Positions 59,625 through 64,000 of a stretch of 64,000 nucleotides of DNA are shown in pieces. Location of the stretch: positions 21,824,001-21,888,000 of the forward strand of contig NC_086121.1 in the NCBI RefSeq assembly GCF_963921235.1, given 5' to 3'. A program made the position numbers and the translations under genes. Source of the stretch: Mobula hypostoma. Its lineage: Eukaryota. Within the stretch, counting starts at the first letter, position 1. Every line of letters starts with the position of its first letter. A model generated the notes under the pieces. It was not told where the DNA came from. It ran no database searches and saw only the letters and a list, made by a program, of their open reading frames with translations.

Positions 59625-62600
59625 CCCCCCCATCCCCCAGAAACGTCCATCGGGGAGTGGAGCCCCTAGTCTGTGTGCCTTGCCTGGGTGGCCGGCCTTG
59701 CCGGCGCGGTGCGGGTACCCTCACTGGTTGCTTAATGTCCAAGTGCGCCGGTTTGAGGTGGTCCACTGTAAAAGTCTCTTCCCGGCTACCCACCTCCACG
59801 ACACACGTGGTTCTGTTGTGCTGGATCACCTTGAAGGGTCCCTCGTACGGCCGCTGTAGAGATGACCTGTGCATGCCCCTGCGAATAAAAACATACTCAC
59901 AGTCTCAGAGGTCTTTAGGGGTGAAGGATGGCGTGGGACCATGCCTGGAGGTCGGGACCGGTGCCAGGGTCCCTACCTTGTCCCGCAGCCTCGTTTGCAC
60001 TACTGTTGGAGTTTCTTCTAAACCTCGGGCCTCTGGTACGAACTCGCCTGGGACCATCGGGGGGCGCCGTAGACCAATTCTGCCGAGGAGGTGTCCAGGT
60101 CCTCCTTGGGGGCTGTGCGGATGCCCAGAAGGACCCAGGGAAGCTCATCTGTCCAGTTGGGGCCCCTGAGGTGCGCCATCAGGGCCAACTTGAGATGCTG
60201 GTGGAATCACTCTACCAAACCGTTGGACTGGGGATGGTACACAGTGGTGTGATGCAGCTGGGTGCCCAGGAGCTGCACCAGTGCTGTCCACAAACCAGGC
60301 TTGATGTCGGCGGTGATGTCTGTTGGGAGGCCGAACCTGGCGATCCAGTTTGCAATGAGCGTCCTGGCGCAAGACTCAGTGGACGTGTCTGCGAGTGGTA
60401 CAGCTTCCGGCCACCTGGTGAACCTGTCTACCATGGTAAAGATATACCTGGCAGGGGGCCAACGATGTCCACGTGGATGTGTTGGAACCTCCTGTGCATC
60501 GGCTGGAACTGCTGGAGGGGAGCCTTCACATGCTGCTGGAATTTGGTGGTCTGGCAGTGTACGCAGGTCCTGGCCCAGTGTCCGACCTGTTCGCGCAAAC
60601 CGTGCCAGATGAATCTGTCTGCTACCAGCTTGATGGATGGGTGGACCAGGTTGTGCAGCGTGTCGAACACCCGGCGCCTCTATGCTGCTGGTACCACGGG
60701 TCGGGGTTTGCCGGTAGACATGTCGCACAGGAGTCGATCCGCTGTTGGGCTGATGGAGACGTCCTCCAACTGGAGCCCCGAAATGGCGGTGCGGTAAGCC
60801 GGGATCTTGGTGTCCGACCGTTGTGCTTCTGCCAGTGCTGCGTAGTCTATTCCTGAGAACGATTTGCCTACTGAGTGGAGGCAGGGGCGAGACAGTGTGT
60901 CGGCGATGACATTGTTCTTCCCTGCGATGTAGCGGACGTCTGTGGTGAGTTCTGAAATAACGGACAGGTGCCTCTGCTGCCGAGCCGACCATGGGTCCGA
61001 TACCTTGGCCAGTGCGAAGGTGAGGGGCTTGTGGTCTGTATACACAGTGAACTTCCTTCCCTTGAGGAAGTACCGGAAATGCCGGACAGCCAGGTAGATC
61101 GCTAGCAACTCTCTGTCGAAAGCGCTGTACTTCACCTCTGGTGGCCATAGGTGGAGGCTGAAGAAAGCGAGTGGTGGCCACTGGTCCTCAACGAGCTGCT
61201 CCAGGACTCTGCCAACTGCCGTGTTGGAAGCGTCGACTGTGAGTGCCCTGGGTACATCGACTCTCGGGTGCACTAGGAGGGCCGCCTTTGCCAGCGCCTC
61301 CTCGGCCTGCTCGAACGCCTCCATGGACTCCGCGTCCCATGCCACCTCTTTGGCCTTGCCGGCCATCAGGCTGAACAAGGGTCTCATGATGCGTGCCACC
61401 GCCGGCATGAATTAATGATGAAAGTTGACCATCCCTACAGACACCTGCAGGCCCTTGACCGTGCTGGGCTTGGGGAACTGGCAGATGGCCTGGACCTCGT
61501 CCAGTGGGGGAACTGTGCCATGTCGGTTGACTCTGTGGCCCAAGAAATCCATCTCCGTCAGCCTGAACTGGCACTTTGCTGAATTGATTGCCAGTTCGTG
61601 GTCGCTCAGGCGTTGGCAGAGCTGGCGCAAATGTGCCACGTACTCTTGGTGCGAACTGCTGGCCACCAGGATATGGTCCAAGTAAATGAAAACGAAATCC
61701 AGGCCGTGTCCCACCGAGTCCATGAGCCTTTGGAAAGTTTGGGCTGCATTCTTGAGACCAAAAGGCATCCTCAGGAATTCGAACAAGCCGAACGGGGTGA
61801 CGAGGGCTGTGTTGGGCGCATCGTTGGGGTGCACTGGCATCTGATGGTATCCCCTGACCAGGTCGATTTTCGAGAAGATGGTTGCTCCGTGCAGGTTCGC
61901 CGTGAAGTCCTGGATGTGGGATACTGGGTATGTGTCAGCGGTTGGGGCATGGTTGAGCCTTCTGTAGTCGCCGCAGGGCCTCTATCCTCCAGTGAACTTG
62001 GGCACCATGTGCAGCAGAGATGCCTACGGGCTGTCTGAGCGGCATGCAATTCCCATCTCTTCCATCTTACGGAACTCTTCCTTGGCGAGGTGGAGCTTGT
62101 CGGGTGGGAGCCTGCGAGCTCGGGCATGCAGCAGCGGTCCTTGTGTGGGGATGTGGTGCTGCACGCCGTGCTTGGGGTCGGCCGTGGAGAACTGCGGGGT
62201 GACTATGGAGGGGAATTCCGCCAACACCCTGGCGAATTCATTACCCGAGAGGGTCACGGAATCCAGGTGGAGGACCGGTAGCTTGGCTTCTCCAAGCTGG
62301 AAAGTCTGGAACATCTCGGCGTGGACCAAACGCTGGCCTTTTAGGTTGACCAGGAGGCAGTTGGCTCATAGGAAATCTGCCCCGGTAGTGGCTGTGACAC
62401 CGCTGCCAACGTGAAAGTCCAAGTGAAACGGCTGGACCCAAAATGCAGTGAGATAGTTCATGGGCCGTATGTCCGAATACTGGTGCCATTTGCAGCGGTG
62501 AGTTCAGGTCCTGGGACCGCGTTACGAGTGTCCATGTTTGAGGGGGGGAGTACGCTGACTTCGGCCCTGGTATCTACCGGGAAGTGCTGCCCAGAGTGTC

Positions 62601-63331
62601 GGTCCCAGAGGTACAGGAGGCTGTCTCGGTGGCTAGCCGTCGTAGCCATTAGCGACGGCTGGCCCCGGCATTTCCTGGAAAAGTACATGGTGGACGGCAG
62701 CGGCGCGCACCTGAGCCCCAACTTTGGTGATAGAAACACCATTGTTCCGAACTTTAATCCTTTTCCCCCATGGGTCTTGACGGCTTCGGTTGCAGTGCCT
62801 GGGCTTTGGGGTGCGCGATCGTGGCTGGGCCAGTGGAAGCTGCTCTACATTGCTTGCTCTGCCAAAGGACATCTGCTTTAGCTGCGACCTCGAATGGGTC
62901 GCTGAAATCCTCACTCGCAAGGAGGAGGCGAATGTCCTCTGGCATTTGTTCGAGGAACAACTGTTCAAATAAAAGGCACGGCTCATGGCCGTCTATGAGC
63001 GCCAGCATATCATTCATGAGCTCAGATGGCGCGGATCAGGAGCGCCTTAAGCTTAGTGTACTTGTCCTCCTTTGGTGGCTGGCATAGGAAGTCTATGATC
63101 CGGCCTGCTGTCTCCTGATCGAGCGTGCTGACCACATAGTAGTACTGCGTGGCGTGGGCTGTAATGTCTCTGATATTGAACTGGGCCTCAGCCTTCTCGA
63201 ACCAGACGTGGGGCTGAGTGGCCCAGAAAGTCAGGAGCTTTAGAGAGACAGCGCTGTGCGAGTTGCTCGAACTCATGGCTGGGCGCTGAGTCGCCGGCTT
63301 CAGATGCCGTCTGGAATGTCGGGGTCACTAA

Positions 63332-63582
63332 TGTAGTCGTGCACAAACGCGCTACTAAAGAAACACATGGAGGCAGAGAGAGCTGAACTCAGAATGTCTT
63401 TACTGATTCAAAAATGTGCGCTTAAATCTCCCCTCCCATGGGCCCTTGCGACCCGCGGGGCGGACGTGACATCAGACTGTCCCCGGCAGGTCCGCCCTGA
63501 GTGGGTAGTTCCAAACGCGCTACCGTGTGTCTGCCCGCGGCTCCCGATGGCGATTTGAGTCCCGCGTGTGCGGGCCATCACA
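63332..63582 (-). repeat. 5' LTR of Gypsy element
   Basis: 251 bp; followed on the minus strand by the PBS. Confidence 0.93.
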
Positions 63583-64000
63583 AAGAGAAAATTGATTTTT
63601 TGTGATGAATCCTAATAAAAGATGTGGCCTTTAAGTTTGGTGAAAATGAACTGCTAATGAAGCCACTTCAAAATCAAGCAACAAGTGATGTACTGTTGAA
63701 TCACAAAAATCAGACACAATGAAAGAGAGTAAGCAGAACTGTTTTCCCAAAATAATTCAGACACTCCAGTTTTTCTTGTCACAATCATCAATGACAACTT
63801 TTTAATTCCATATTTTGTTATCAGTTTAAATCCCCCAGCTCACATCTCCAGATCTTTAGTCTGGGCCCCTAGGTTACAAATCCAGTGATTACTCTATGAT
63901 TTCAAGGGCCCAAGGCTGAAAGCCCATTGGATTTGCATACTGGCACCTTCTGTACTTTTTTACTTTTTCACAGTAAATCTTTGTCAACATGCTGCAGATT

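Larger units (their letters stand above)
59373..63582 (-). mobile_element. Structurally complete Gypsy LTR retrotransposon (gag-PR-RT-RH-IN), inactivated
   Basis: LTRs 59373-59624 and 63332-63582 (TG...CA) with 4-bp TSD AAGA. PBS TAGTGACCCCGAC (tRNA-Trp-like) and PPT at 59625-59638. Gag LKLLTFWATQPHVWFEKAEAQF, RT MPFGLKNAAQTFQR/YLDH, RNase H DAS/DRELLA/TDHKPL, integrase HVDIVGPLP/PQSNGLVE. Confidence 0.95.

Noticed and set aside
59479-62881. Numerous plus-strand ORFs
   Set aside because: Antisense shadows of the GC-rich Gypsy pol gene.
1-64000. CRISPR arrays, rRNA genes or prokaryotic systems
   Set aside because: Spliceosomal genes and vertebrate TEs throughout; the recurring short repeats are dispersed PLE tails, not regularly spaced arrays.

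Overview
Vertebrate genomic DNA, most likely a cartilaginous fish such as a ray or shark. That assignment is inferred from the repeat repertoire (V-SINEs, CR1, Rex/Babar, Penelope-like elements). Host genes: (i) the 5' part of INTS11/CPSF3L on the minus strand, with 9 GT-AG, phase-consistent coding exons (codons 1-319) and the rest of the gene off the left edge; (ii) CPTP/GLTPD1 on the plus strand, 2 coding exons, 213 aa, head-to-head with INTS11 at a compact CpG-rich bidirectional promoter (~22.45-22.59 kb); (iii) a 10-finger C2H2 zinc-finger gene with no effector domain (promoter ~42.5 kb, main exon 46945-47861). Most of the remainder is transposon debris: a full-length IR/DR Tc1, a Chapaev3-like DNA transposon, two Gypsy LTR elements, and many CR1, Rex/Babar, L1/Tx1, HERO and Penelope-like (PLE) copies. 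Three observations stand out. First, the commonest short repeat is a PLE terminal repeat carrying a minimal hammerhead ribozyme, often arranged as inverted pairs. Second, the ZNF exon is sandwiched between two inverted PLEs, and a core-intact sense hammerhead lies before the first canonical poly(A) signal. Third, a chain of phase-compatible exon-like blocks on the minus strand (33.1-39.1 kb, possibly continuing at 54-56 kb) looks like a decayed multi-exon gene of unknown identity. All analysis was by eye; TE family names and boundaries are approximate.
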